Shown here one piece after another: positions 19,190 to 27,967 of a stretch of DNA of 44,120 bases (positions are counted from its first letter, which is position 1; each line of letters starts with the position of its first letter). The position numbers and the translations under genes were made by a program. This stretch comes from Enterobacteria phage mEp213. The DNA is taken from the sequence record NC_019720.1. One strand, given 5' to 3'. The notes under the pieces are model-generated. The model saw only the letters and a list, made by a program, of their open reading frames with translations. It was not told the origin of the DNA and made no database searches.

Positions 19190-19863
19190 TGTCTGACTTT
19201 GGCGCAATGATATTAATGGAGAACGGCAATCCCTTTGTTACACCACAATCAACGCCTTTCTGCCTCTACGGAAAATACTCCTTCAATTCCTCAGCTAATG
19301 GCAGCTCTCAGCAGGTGGCGCAATATCTTTCGGTTCCTGACGATTATCCGGCAATGGTCTTCATAAAAACGACTAATACTGCGCAGCCGACCCCGGTCAT
19401 TTCATATCGGATTGGAGGAAATGTCTATATTAGTGGCGTAAATCCCTATAACCAGGGCTTTACGCTGACAGCATATGTATTTGCAATTTTTCCGCAAACA
19501 CTTCCCGCGTGGGGATTTGCTATCTGGGATGCCTCCGGGAAGCTTGTTCTGACGAACGAATCAAGGGTGCTTTCTGATCTGCAAACAGTGGGCACGCCAG
19601 GTGCAAGCGGCGGGATTAATATTGACCAGACGCTGAGCGGGTCATGGGCTGTTGCGCCTGCTCAGTTGGGTCAGACCATCATTGTGAATAATTCAACCAA
19701 GCCTCCGACTATCTACACGATAAATGCTTATTCTTCATGCAGGTTTGACGGGGCCAATACGAGGATAAACGCAGGGGGGACCTCCACTGGGGCAGGTTCA
19801 CCTGGAGGGGGAACGAATACTGGCATTTCATTAACCGCCATAAATACAGCGGCCTATGATTGA
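19189..19863 (+). CDS. Hypothetical protein with two tandem copies of the same domain
   Basis: 224 aa; GTG start overlaps upstream stop, GGAGAAAG RBS; second half repeats the WGFAIWDASGK motif; Gly/Thr/Ser-rich tail. Confidence 0.5.
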   Translation: MSDFGAMILMENGNPFVTPQSTPFCLYGKYSFNSSANGSSQQVAQYLSVPDDYPAMVFIKTTNTAQPTPVISYRIGGNVYISGVNPYNQGFTLTAYVFAIFPQTLPAWGFAIWDASGKLVLTNESRVLSDLQTVGTPGASGGINIDQTLSGSWAVAPAQLGQTIIVNNSTKPPTIYTINAYSSCRFDGANTRINAGGTSTGAGSPGGGTNTGISLTAINTAAYD

Positions 19864-19900
19864 TTGATCGTTTTTAGCGATCAATAACATAATATTGATC
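19863..19900. promoter_or_regulatory. Dyad with three GATC sites upstream of lipoprotein moron
   Basis: ATTGATCG-N7-CGATCAAT inverted repeat plus a third GATC 18 bp away, all within about 40 bp. Confidence 0.4.
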
Positions 19901-19974
19901 TATCCAATCAATTATACCCACCAGAATTGTATTGGTATCGTCTAAGATACTGAATTCCTCTGGATACTATCAAA

Positions 19975-20208
19975 ATGAGAAAACTGATTATCTGCATGGC
20001 AGGCGCTGTCATGCTTACAGGATGCGCTGGCGTAATTGAGAAACAGGAACCAGTTTGCAGCGGCACTGCAATCGTTGGCGGTCAGGAAACTACGGTTCAG
20101 ATTTACGGTGTGCGTAAACAAAACAACCAGACGCAGTACCGGGCTGGATATCCTTTCAGCTGGCGCTGGGTAAGTGCGAATACATTTACCGAAACAACCT
20201 GCAAATAA
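19975..20208 (+). CDS. Small lipoprotein moron (possible Cor-like superinfection exclusion protein)
   Basis: 77 aa; signal peptide with LTGC lipobox; standalone between tail genes with its own downstream terminator; Cor assignment is positional only. Confidence 0.5.
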   Translation: MRKLIICMAGAVMLTGCAGVIEKQEPVCSGTAIVGGQETTVQIYGVRKQNNQTQYRAGYPFSWRWVSANTFTETTCK

Positions 20209-20229
20209 CCCACTACGCTTAAACATAAA

Positions 20230-20252
20230 CCTCGCTCCGGCGGGGTTTTTTT
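20230..20252 (+). terminator. Intrinsic terminator after lipoprotein gene
   Basis: CCTCGC-TCCG-GCGGGG hairpin followed by T7. Confidence 0.6.
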
Positions 20253-20268
20253 ATTGCCTGGAGAAAAT

Positions 20269-21201
20269 ATGCTTTATAACACCGGCACCATCGCCATTAA
20301 TGGAAATACCGCCACCGGGACGGGTACAAACTGGACGGAACCGGCCAGCCAGGTCCGCGCTGGCCAGACGATTATCGTGATGTCTAACCCGGTGCAGCTG
20401 TTTCAGATTTCATCCGTGAACAGCGCCACGTCAATGACGGTTACGCCTGCTGCATCACCGGCGCTGAGCGGCCAGAAGTACGGCATTCTGGTATCAGACA
20501 ATATCTCGGTTGATGGGCTGGCGCTGGCCATGTCGCAGCTTATCAAGGAGTATGACGAGAATATTGGTGCGTGGGAGACGTTCGCCACAACCTCAGCCAA
20601 CCAGAACATTACCGTTACGATCAATGGCACCAGTTTATCAATCCCGGCTCTTGGGAAATTACTGCAGAAGGGGAGCAACGGAGCTTTGCCGGTTAATCAA
20701 GGTGGTACCGGCGCAACGAATGCCGCAGGCGCTCGCACAAACCTTGGTTTGGGAGAAGGTTCTCCAGCTATTGGCGTTCCGTTCTTCTGGCCGTCCGCTG
20801 CAATGCCAAATACTGTAATCGACAGCTGGTCCAGTATGGTGTTTTTGAAGTTCAACGGCGCGAAATTCTCTGCCACTGATTATCCTGTGCTGGCGAAAGT
20901 GTTTCCTTCGCTGGTATTACCTGAAGCCCGCGGTGATTTCATTCGTGTCTGGGATGACGGGCGAGGTGCAGATGGTGGTCGCGAATTATTAAGCTGGCAG
21001 GAAGCTACAAACTTTTCTCAGTTTGCCGGGAATATAGGCGTAGGTGCTGGACACGCAATTAACTTTCATGATGGCATCGTCGGAAATCAGCCAGGATTTT
21101 CACGATTTAATTTCACCAGTAACCCTGCGGGTGGTGGTGTGAATTTTGTTGCTGTCAGACCGCGAAATATTGCATTCAACTTTCTTGTAAGGGCTAAATA
21201 A
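20269..21201 (+). CDS. stf: Side tail fibre protein with C-terminal tail-collar-like domain
   Basis: N-terminal fibre repeats (GTIAINGNTATGTGT), conserved NQGGTGATNAAGARTNLGLG motif, collar-like C-terminus. Confidence 0.8.
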   Translation: MLYNTGTIAINGNTATGTGTNWTEPASQVRAGQTIIVMSNPVQLFQISSVNSATSMTVTPAASPALSGQKYGILVSDNISVDGLALAMSQLIKEYDENIGAWETFATTSANQNITVTINGTSLSIPALGKLLQKGSNGALPVNQGGTGATNAAGARTNLGLGEGSPAIGVPFFWPSAAMPNTVIDSWSSMVFLKFNGAKFSATDYPVLAKVFPSLVLPEARGDFIRVWDDGRGADGGRELLSWQEATNFSQFAGNIGVGAGHAINFHDGIVGNQPGFSRFNFTSNPAGGGVNFVAVRPRNIAFNFLVRAK

Positions 21202-21806
21202 TGAAACCTGTTTTCGATGTAAACGGACTGGCAACAGAACCGGGTGAAATCCGCTGTTATTACTACGACGCTGTGACTTCTGAATATATGGGATGGTCTG
21301 ACGAGTTTATTAACATCGGTGTCAGTATGCCCGGATGCTCTACGGCGATAGAACCAGGGGCCGAAGCAGGAGGGAAGGTATTTATTTTTTCTGGATCTGA
21401 GTGGGTGCTTAAAGAAGACCATCGTGGAGAAACAGCATACACCACCAGTAACGGGAAGCCGGTGACTATCGAATATATTGGACCGTTGCGTGAAGGCTTT
21501 ACTTTTGAAGCACCAACTACAAAGTTTGATAAATGGGATGGTAATAAATGGGTTGCCGATCCAGAAGCTCAGCGCGCATATGATATTTCTGTGGCGGCAA
21601 CAAAACTACAGGCGCTGATTAGCCAGGCCAATGACTTTATGAATGGTAAGCAATGGCCTGGTAAAGCAGCAATGGGTCGCCTGAAGGACGCAGAAAAAGA
21701 ACAATATAATGCCTGGCTTGATTATCTGGATGCGCTGGAGGGCGTTGATACCGCCAGCGCACCGGATATTGAATGGCCTACGCCTCCGGAAGTTCAGGCC
21801 AGATGA
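21201..21806 (+). CDS. tfa: Tail fibre assembly chaperone
   Basis: 201 aa; Tfa-like N-terminus and C-terminal DYLDALEGVDTASAPDIEWPTPP motif; ATG overlaps stf stop. Confidence 0.85.
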   Translation: MKPVFDVNGLATEPGEIRCYYYDAVTSEYMGWSDEFINIGVSMPGCSTAIEPGAEAGGKVFIFSGSEWVLKEDHRGETAYTTSNGKPVTIEYIGPLREGFTFEAPTTKFDKWDGNKWVADPEAQRAYDISVAATKLQALISQANDFMNGKQWPGKAAMGRLKDAEKEQYNAWLDYLDALEGVDTASAPDIEWPTPPEVQAR

Positions 21807-21837
21807 CATCCGGCGCACAGGACAAAACTGATACGCA

Positions 21838-21875
21838 CAAAGCCTTGCACTGGATTGCAAGGCTTTGTGCTCTTC
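21838..21875 (+). terminator. Terminator after tail fibre operon
   Basis: 12-bp perfect stem CAAAGCCTTGCA / TGCAAGGCTTTG with 6-nt loop, followed by a U-rich tract. Confidence 0.55.
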
Positions 21876-21907
21876 TGTGAATGTGTGGCTATATGTTTGA
21901 AGATCGT

Positions 21908-22140
21908 TGTGCCGTATTTGTGACATATATATGGCAACATCATGCATCAACTTTCTGTTTGTGCCATCAACTATAGCTTAGTGAATGCGGTTAATGCTTG
22001 CTAAAACAGATAGTTATGATTGGTGCTACAGATTCGTAATGCGAAGGTCGTAGGTTCGACTCCTATTATCGGCACCATTTAAATCAATGAGTTACCTCGC
22101 ATTTAAGTAAACCACGTTCTCCTCTTGTGCCGTATTTGTG
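21908..22140. other. attP-like region: 16-bp arm-type direct repeats flanking a tRNA-derived core
   Basis: TTGTGCCGTATTTGTG at 21908-21923 and 22125-22140; further GTGCCAT words between them. Confidence 0.5.
22032..22077 (+). other. att core: 3' 46 nt of a tRNA-Thr(CGU) gene (thrW-like), not a complete tRNA
   Basis: Matches remembered thrW 3' part from the anticodon loop through T-arm to CCA; no matching 5' acceptor strand upstream. Confidence 0.6.
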
Positions 22141-23252
22141 CCATTGCGACTTATAATCGCATCGATTTTGCTCGCGTGCTCGGTGAGATGCCCGGCTGAA
22201 AGGTGGGCGTATCTTTGAACCATTTCGAGAGTTTCCCATCCTCCCATCTCTTTAAGTGCAAGAAGAGAGACACCGGACTGAACCAGCCAGCTTGCCCAAG
22301 TATGCCTCAGGTCATGGAAGCGGAAGTTGCTAATGCCTGCCCGCTTTAACGCTCCCTTCCATGCCTTGTTGCTGTCGGTTCTCATCTTCCTTATCGCTGC
22401 TGTTTTTGTTCCGTCGCTTCGGTAGGCAGGTTTGGTGTGGACAAACACCCATCTCTTATGGAGCCCCTGCTGTTTTCTTAATATCTGGCATGCGGTTTCG
22501 TTAAGAGGAACTCCGATCGCATTGCCAGCTTTTGTTTCATCAGGGTGCATCCATGCCATTTTCTTATCCAGATCGACCTGTGACCACTCAAGGTCTGTAA
22601 CGTTGGAACGGCGAAGGCCTGTCGTGATTGCAAACATGACCACAGGGAAGAAATGAGGAGCAATTTCTGCAAACAGGCGCTTCGATTCCTCCTCTGTAAG
22701 CCATCTGATTCGTCCATTCTTAACGCGTGGTGTTGATATTTTGGGCGCCCTGTCAAGCCATCCCCATTCAACAGCCATATTGAGAATAGCGCGAAGTATT
22801 GCCAGATGCCGCGTCTTCGTTCCTTTGCTTGCCAGCTTTGGTTTATACTCCGGCACTGGCTTGCCAAGCCGCAAACACCTGTCCCGGCTCATTTCCCAGT
22901 TCAGGCGATGGCGGCGGTTTTCCATCCCGTCTACCGCCTCCATTATTTTTTCTGTTGTTATGTCAGAGAGAATGGTTTCTCTGAAGTGCAACATCCAGAA
23001 CGATATAATGCTCTTGTCATCATCAATGGACTTCTTATCCGATTTCTCACGCAGCCACCGTATACAGGCTTCCTTGAATAGCTTTTTCGGTGATTCCCCG
23101 AGATTTTTTACTCTCCACGCTTCTGCTTTCAGACGATCGTGAAGTTCTTGCGCTTGCCTTTTGTCCGATGTTTCAAGAGAGCGTCTAACTCTTGATCCAT
23201 CTGGCGCGACGAAATCACAGTGCCACGTGCCACCGCGTAGTTTGATTGACAT
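22092..23252 (-). CDS. int: Tyrosine integrase, P22 Int-like
   Basis: 386 aa; C-terminal HDLRHTWASWLVQ.GV and R..Y motifs; close to remembered P22 Int, which uses thrW. Confidence 0.9.
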   Translation of the reverse strand: MSIKLRGGTWHCDFVAPDGSRVRRSLETSDKRQAQELHDRLKAEAWRVKNLGESPKKLFKEACIRWLREKSDKKSIDDDKSIISFWMLHFRETILSDITTEKIMEAVDGMENRRHRLNWEMSRDRCLRLGKPVPEYKPKLASKGTKTRHLAILRAILNMAVEWGWLDRAPKISTPRVKNGRIRWLTEEESKRLFAEIAPHFFPVVMFAITTGLRRSNVTDLEWSQVDLDKKMAWMHPDETKAGNAIGVPLNETACQILRKQQGLHKRWVFVHTKPAYRSDGTKTAAIRKMRTDSNKAWKGALKRAGISNFRFHDLRHTWASWLVQSGVSLLALKEMGGWETLEMVQRYAHLSAGHLTEHASKIDAIISRNGTNTAQEENVVYLNAR

Positions 23253-23476
23253 GCTTTAACCTCCTGCACATCAACCGCATTCACCGCGCTATTGTGTCTT
23301 ACAGACTTAAGCGCCGCAATGCAGTCTGACTTGCAAATGCGATATGGACTTTTAGGTTTATCTGGATTTATCTTTGCGGCCTGAAGTCGTCCACTTCGTA
23401 TCCACTGCGTGATAGTGCCTTTGTCTACCTTCAGATACGATGCTGCCTCTTCACGAGTGAAGATTTCTTCTTCCAC
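23129..23476 (-). CDS. xis: Excisionase, overlapping int start
   Basis: 115 aa directly upstream of and overlapping int in another frame (P22-like arrangement); N-terminal HTH-like segment. Confidence 0.6.
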   Translation of the reverse strand: MEEEIFTREEAASYLKVDKGTITQWIRSGRLQAAKINPDKPKSPYRICKSDCIAALKSVRHNSAVNAVDVQEVKACQSNYAVARGTVISSRQMDQELDALLKHRTKGKRKNFTIV

Positions 23477-23565
23477 TTGGAATCTCCATTTATTGAGTTG
23501 GTATTATTGCGGTAGGTCTGGATATCTTGAGAAATGAACAGGCCTCATCGAGTGTGAGGCTGTGG

Positions 23566-23910
23566 TTAGTCCTTGCGTAACTCGCTGATTCTTCTGTAAG
23601 TCTCTGGTGCTTTGTTTCCGTGTATCTTCATTTCAGACTTCAACAGAGCAACGAGAGAATCCCATTCGTTGAGGATGCCTTTGAATGCCGGAACGCGCTT
23701 TGCAACCTTGTCGAATGAATCCCTGATTTCTGGAATCTGCTCAACAAGTGCAACGCATCGTCGGAAATCGGCTGCATCATGTGGAGCGCCGAAGTGATGA
23801 CCATAGATATTCTTTTTCAGTCCACATGCGATTGAGGCAAGAGTTGCGCTACTGATGCCGACATCGCCAGTCGATTGCCATTTCAAAACCTTCATAGCCA
23901 AATCTGACAT
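23566..23910 (-). CDS. Hypothetical protein
   Basis: 114 aa with GGAG RBS, located just downstream of a leftward terminator. Confidence 0.5.
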   Translation of the reverse strand: MSDLAMKVLKWQSTGDVGISSATLASIACGLKKNIYGHHFGAPHDAADFRRCVALVEQIPEIRDSFDKVAKRVPAFKGILNEWDSLVALLKSEMKIHGNKAPETYRRISELRKD

Positions 23911-23923
23911 TTCTTGTCTCCAA

Positions 23924-23949
23924 TAAAAAAACCGCCATCAGGCGGTTTT
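23924..23949 (-). terminator. Leftward intrinsic terminator (bidirectional hairpin)
   Basis: ACCGCC-ATCA-GGCGGT hairpin flanked by A7 on + (U7 on the - strand transcript). Confidence 0.6.
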
Positions 23950-24105
23950 GTGTTCTTTCAGTTCTTCAATTCGAATATTGGTTACGTCTGCATGTGCTAT
24001 CTGCGCCCATATCATCCAGTGGTCATAGCAGTCGTTGAAGTCCTCTGCTTCGATAACCCTGTTGAATGGTTCTCCATTCCATTCACCTGTGACTCGAAAG
24101 TGCAT
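23938..24105 (-). CDS. Hypothetical small protein (55 aa)
   Basis: GGAG 7 nt upstream of ATG; stop lies inside the terminator hairpin; preferred over the overlapping 79-aa listed ORF. Confidence 0.3.
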   Translation of the reverse strand: MHFRVTGEWNGEPFNRVIEAEDFNDCYDHWMIWAQIAHADVTNIRIEELKEHKTA

Positions 24106-24263
24106 TTATCATCTCCATAAAACAAAACCCGCCGTAGCGAGTTCAGATAAAAGAAATCCCCGCGAGTGCGAGGATTGTTATTGTCTTTGCTTCGTGCATT
24201 TGTCGCACTTTCGGCACCATCCAGATAGGCACATCCGTCCGCAATTAACACATATAGGCCACA

Positions 24264-24542
24264 TCATTTTTCCTCTTTTGGTTTATGAATCTGAATGGTC
24301 ATGCCGCTTTGAGTGGTGACTACAATGACAGAACCAGGCTGAAGGCTGTTAAGATTGAATGCTTCGTAAAACGAATCCAATGCCAGTGCTTTTTTATTCT
24401 TTCGGTTCCACCAACGCCATCCCCTGCTACAGGCCATGTTGACAATCCACTGCCCACTCCTGTAAGCCATATAAAACCAGATGAGCAAAACCTGAAGGAA
24501 TGCTATCCAGTCAATGATCGTATATTTCGCGAAGGAGTCCAT
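24264..24542 (-). CDS. Hypothetical membrane protein (92 aa)
   Basis: Hydrophobic N-terminal helix (IIDWIAFLQVLLIWFYMAY); start overlaps upstream stop (TGATG). Confidence 0.4.
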   Translation of the reverse strand: MDSFAKYTIIDWIAFLQVLLIWFYMAYRSGQWIVNMACSRGWRWWNRKNKKALALDSFYEAFNLNSLQPGSVIVVTTQSGMTIQIHKPKEEK

Positions 24543-24754
24543 CACTTCACCACCTGCGCCGTTTTGATGATTGCTGCCAGACAATTCTTGCAAGGAACAA
24601 GCAGCGTTCCCTGCTCAATGCTCAATAGCGCATGCTGAGCATCCTGAAAAAGCCATTCGAATGACCCTGGCCGATGACCGCACCATGTCTCAATCTCGTG
24701 CTTAGGGAGTTTAACTCCCTCTCGATAGTCATATTTGATGATGTGCTTGCTCAC
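24542..24754 (-). CDS. Hypothetical protein (70 aa)
   Basis: ORF in a chain of overlapping stop/start early genes. Confidence 0.4.
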   Translation of the reverse strand: MSKHIIKYDYREGVKLPKHEIETWCGHRPGSFEWLFQDAQHALLSIEQGTLLVPCKNCLAAIIKTAQVVK

Positions 24755-24942
24755 GACTTCACCTCCTGTTGAGCAGAAACCTGATTTTTGAGTGATTCAG
24801 AAATATTCCTGCAATACCTAGCGGATTCATCGTCGAAAATGCTTTCGAAATACTCAGCAATCCAGCCGAACACAACAACCTGCTCATTGCTTGGATTTGC
24901 ACTTTGATTGAAGGCGGTTATAAGTGATGCACTCATACTCAC
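24751..24942 (-). CDS. Hypothetical protein (63 aa)
   Basis: ORF in a chain of overlapping stop/start early genes. Confidence 0.4.
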   Translation of the reverse strand: MSMSASLITAFNQSANPSNEQVVVFGWIAEYFESIFDDESARYCRNISESLKNQVSAQQEVKS

Positions 24943-25739
24943 TTCACCTCCTGCTGCGGTGCTGCTGCGAGCATGGACTCGGTTTCTGCAATCAGGTGGC
25001 GAGGTAACTGACTGCCAGAACTTTGCATTGCGCGACCAAATGCTAACCAGCGCCGCAATATGTTAGCTGAACCATCCGGAGTTACCGGAGAGTTGCCAGC
25101 CTGAACAGTAGGCATATCCGGACCTTTGCGAATCGCCCTGGCAAGATCGATTGGGTCGTCGTATAACCAGTCACCTGTTTGCGGATGATTGGCCTCTGCC
25201 AGTTGCGCCGCCCATTCAAGGCCGTCTTTGTGACCTTGCAGATAGTCCAACGGCAACTCATCACGATTACTTACGGGTTCGATTTGTTCGGAATTACCGG
25301 ACAACTGCATGGTACCTTCATTGGTGAGGGTACCATCGGACTGAAGCATGGCGGCGCGGCAGGCGTTCACATCACCGTAAATCGGACCGATTAGATTAAA
25401 TCCTTTCATGGGGCAGCCAGCAGGAGAATAAGCAACTGCGCCATCATCGGACACGAATAAAAAGCCAACTGGTTTCAAATCAGGCACAGATGCCGGCGCT
25501 GGCGGGGCGGTGTAGAGAGTACGAGTGTCCTCACCGTCGCTGCTAAGGCGAATCATTTCATCCTCGTCTACGTCAGACCAGGTATCATCGCTGTTGCCGT
25601 AGACTTGATGCACAGCCTCCGCTTCGAGCGATGCCAGCGCGATACGCGCCAGCGCCGAAGCCTCACCACATTGAACGTGGTCAGTTTCGATAATTTGCTG
25701 TAACTGCTCTTTGGTGAATTCTTTGATAATAGTGCTCAT
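24939..25739 (-). CDS. Hypothetical acidic protein (266 aa)
   Basis: Long ORF with start/stop overlap with neighbours. Confidence 0.5.
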   Translation of the reverse strand: MSTIIKEFTKEQLQQIIETDHVQCGEASALARIALASLEAEAVHQVYGNSDDTWSDVDEDEMIRLSSDGEDTRTLYTAPPAPASVPDLKPVGFLFVSDDGAVAYSPAGCPMKGFNLIGPIYGDVNACRAAMLQSDGTLTNEGTMQLSGNSEQIEPVSNRDELPLDYLQGHKDGLEWAAQLAEANHPQTGDWLYDDPIDLARAIRKGPDMPTVQAGNSPVTPDGSANILRRWLAFGRAMQSSGSQLPRHLIAETESMLAAAPQQEVK

Positions 25740-26014
25740 GGGCGAATCTCCGTCCTGCCACCAAGTAAGCGGATTGCCACTCGTTCCCGGAAGGTAAGCG
25801 GTCGATGGTGTCCGCGGGCATTAACAATTTCAGGCTTTCCATTAGGCGGATAATTGACCCTGACCGATTGACCATCTAGCGCGTGAGAAGCCTCGAGTAG
25901 TGCTGACTTTAAGTGCGCAGGGCACTCTTTCTGCACCCGCTCGCCGTCTGAAATGACACCTGCAATCCCCTGAAGCATGCTGGCTAAATTGCTGAGATAA
26001 TTTTTCACATTCAC
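25736..26014 (-). CDS. Hypothetical protein (92 aa)
   Basis: ORF with start/stop overlap with neighbours. Confidence 0.45.
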   Translation of the reverse strand: MNVKNYLSNLASMLQGIAGVISDGERVQKECPAHLKSALLEASHALDGQSVRVNYPPNGKPEIVNARGHHRPLTFRERVAIRLLGGRTEIRP

Positions 26015-26451
26015 TCTCCTTTACCGGTGCCATAGGCAGATAAGCACTCTTCAAATCCAGCCTGATTATCCGTTTGACCTAAACTGAAGCCATGCTGAAG
26101 ACCATGACGAAATGCGCTATCTTGCAATTTATCTGCGCTATCGAGCTTCGCTTCCAGTTTAGCAATACGCTCCTCATACCGAGCGCCAACGGAAACGGCT
26201 TTATGGAAGGCTTCGCACCATTTTGACGATTGCGCCTGCATCTTCTCCAGCTCATCCAGAAGCGCCAGCACGGTAGTGGGGTTTGCTGCGGAGTTCAGCG
26301 CGTTCAAGGCAGTGATATCTGCATCAAGCTGAGTTCCTTCTGCCAGTGAGATATCGAAAATGTCATCAGGCGGCATAACACTAAGGCGCTCATGTGCGCC
26401 AACTGCTGCCGCTGCGATTTCACGCAGCGCCTGTTTGTCGATGTTGCTCAT
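26011..26451 (-). CDS. Ea22-like early protein, paralogue B
   Basis: N-terminus [16 protein letters not shown] parallels the next gene ([14 protein letters not shown]); coiled-coil middle. Confidence 0.5.
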   Translation of the reverse strand: MSNIDKQALREIAAAAVGAHERLSVMPPDDIFDISLAEGTQLDADITALNALNSAANPTTVLALLDELEKMQAQSSKWCEAFHKAVSVGARYEERIAKLEAKLDSADKLQDSAFRHGLQHGFSLGQTDNQAGFEECLSAYGTGKGE

Positions 26452-27092
26452 TGGGCTGCCTCCTTGCGAATCTGCTCCCTGAACAAGCGGGCTGAGACGA
26501 TGATGTCTCTGATGCGTACTGATTTTTCGTCGAACTGCTCACCACCGTTTTTAATATGCGCATCCAGTTCTGCACTGTGATGCCGAATGAAAGCGTTGAG
26601 GTCATGCGCCCGCGCTTCAGCCAGGAAAGCGTCGGTGGCTGGGGTTTTGTTATCTGACTCCAGCCACTGGTTGTAGTAATAATAGAACATGCCAGTAGGA
26701 TAACCACATCCGCTGTGCACGTGGTCTTTCATAGCAGAACCACACATGCAGTAGTCATTGTCAGTATTACTAATGATGTCGATAAGTTGCTGTGTCCGTT
26801 GCTTCAACATCGCATTCTCCGCCGCCAGCGCCGAAAACTTCTCGTGTGCCAACTTAACAGCTGCATCAGCCTGCTTAATTGACTCAGTCGCTTTCTGGTG
26901 GTCTTCGGCCAGCCCTGCTAAATCAGCCTCCAGTTCGGCTAGGCGTTCATTTAATGCATCTCGTTCATCCAGTAGAGCCAGCACAACCTGAGGTGTGACT
27001 TTCATACGAAATGCCAGCAATTTTTGAGGTGTTGCTACTGTTTCAATTGCTACTGCTGCCTCACGCAGTACCTGATAGTCAATCTTGCTCAC
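26448..27092 (-). CDS. Ea22-like early protein, paralogue A (GTG start)
   Basis: AAGGAGG 6 nt upstream of GTG 27092, which overlaps upstream stop (GTGA); Cys/His cluster [15 protein letters not shown]. Confidence 0.5.
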   Translation of the reverse strand: MSKIDYQVLREAAVAIETVATPQKLLAFRMKVTPQVVLALLDERDALNERLAELEADLAGLAEDHQKATESIKQADAAVKLAHEKFSALAAENAMLKQRTQQLIDIISNTDNDYCMCGSAMKDHVHSGCGYPTGMFYYYYNQWLESDNKTPATDAFLAEARAHDLNAFIRHHSAELDAHIKNGGEQFDEKSVRIRDIIVSARLFREQIRKEAAQ

Positions 27093-27256
27093 TGGTTGCC
27101 TCCTTTGCGCCACATCGCATTCAGATATTTGTTGTCATTAACAGAACCGAAACTATTTCTCTTAAGCAATTCCTCTCTCGATGGCATTGGCTTTACGCGT
27201 TGGCGAATAATCATTTCTGCCGGAAGAATGCCGGGATTGTATGCAAGTCCTCTCAT
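27089..27256 (-). CDS. Hypothetical small protein (55 aa)
   Basis: GAGGAA RBS 6 nt upstream of ATG 27256; trimmed from the listed 115-aa ORF. Confidence 0.35.
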   Translation of the reverse strand: MRGLAYNPGILPAEMIIRQRVKPMPSREELLKRNSFGSVNDNKYLNAMWRKGGNQ

Positions 27257-27266
27257 GGTAAATTCC

Positions 27267-27560
27267 TCAGTCATTACTGATAGCGCCATAGCGTGAGCGG
27301 TAATTACGCAGGCGCGGGTCAATTTCAGGGAAGTGGGTATATGTGGCTTTGCGGAATGGTCGGATTGATGTCTGGTAAATTCGCTCGCGTTCTTCTTTCT
27401 CTGCAAGCCATATACAATGGCGAAATTCCTTTTCATCTTTCGTTTCCTGCGGTAGAGACATTATCTGGTCGTAGTTTTTCCTGAATTTATCCAGCACCTC
27501 CGATACGGATTTGCCGGAACAGCGGCGCGGGTCATCCGCACCATACAGAGGCGCTGGCAT
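27267..27560 (-). CDS. Hypothetical protein (97 aa); position and length fit P22 Abc2 but unverified
   Basis: ORF immediately downstream of the erf-ssb pair in the leftward operon. Confidence 0.4.
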   Translation of the reverse strand: MPAPLYGADDPRRCSGKSVSEVLDKFRKNYDQIMSLPQETKDEKEFRHCIWLAEKEERERIYQTSIRPFRKATYTHFPEIDPRLRNYRSRYGAISND

Positions 27561-27583
27561 AATGGAATCCTTATTTTGCTACT

Positions 27584-27967
27584 TTAGAAGGGAATTGAAT
27601 CGTCGTATTCAGGATGATTTTGATGATTGCTACTTTGCTGCTGTTGGCTGTTTCCTGAAGTTGCAAATCCAATCTTTGCATTCAGTAATTCAAGAGTGAT
27701 TGATTGACCATTTTGCCCCTGATAAACATCAACCCTGATGTTTTCTCCGGTAATTTCCACAATGCCACCTTCAACAAGAACACTACGGTAGTAATCCGCT
27801 TGCGCTCCTGGCTTGGCAAATACAACGGCGCTGTAGTTTGTCCATTCTTTCTTTTTTGTCTGGCGATCGTAATACTGAACGCCAGCACGGATGTTGAATC
27901 CGATATTTTCCCCGGCCTGAAACTCTCTTGCGGGTTTGTTTAGTCTTACAGTAATCGAATGTGCCAT
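27584..27967 (-). CDS. ssb: Single-stranded DNA-binding protein-like
   Basis: 127 aa; OB-fold-like body and C-terminal acidic tail ending DDSIPF; start overlaps erf stop (TAATG). Confidence 0.55.
   Translation of the reverse strand: MAHSITVRLNKPAREFQAGENIGFNIRAGVQYYDRQTKKKEWTNYSAVVFAKPGAQADYYRSVLVEGGIVEITGENIRVDVYQGQNGQSITLELLNAKIGFATSGNSQQQQSSNHQNHPEYDDSIPF

Noticed and set aside
22021-22077. Complete tRNA gene
   Set aside because: Only the 3' 46 nt match a tRNA-Thr; there is no acceptor-stem 5' strand or D-arm upstream, consistent with an attP core.
24012-24251. Listed 79-aa minus-strand ORF
   Set aside because: Low-complexity translation with no RBS; the shorter coupled ORFs with RBS in the same region are more plausible.
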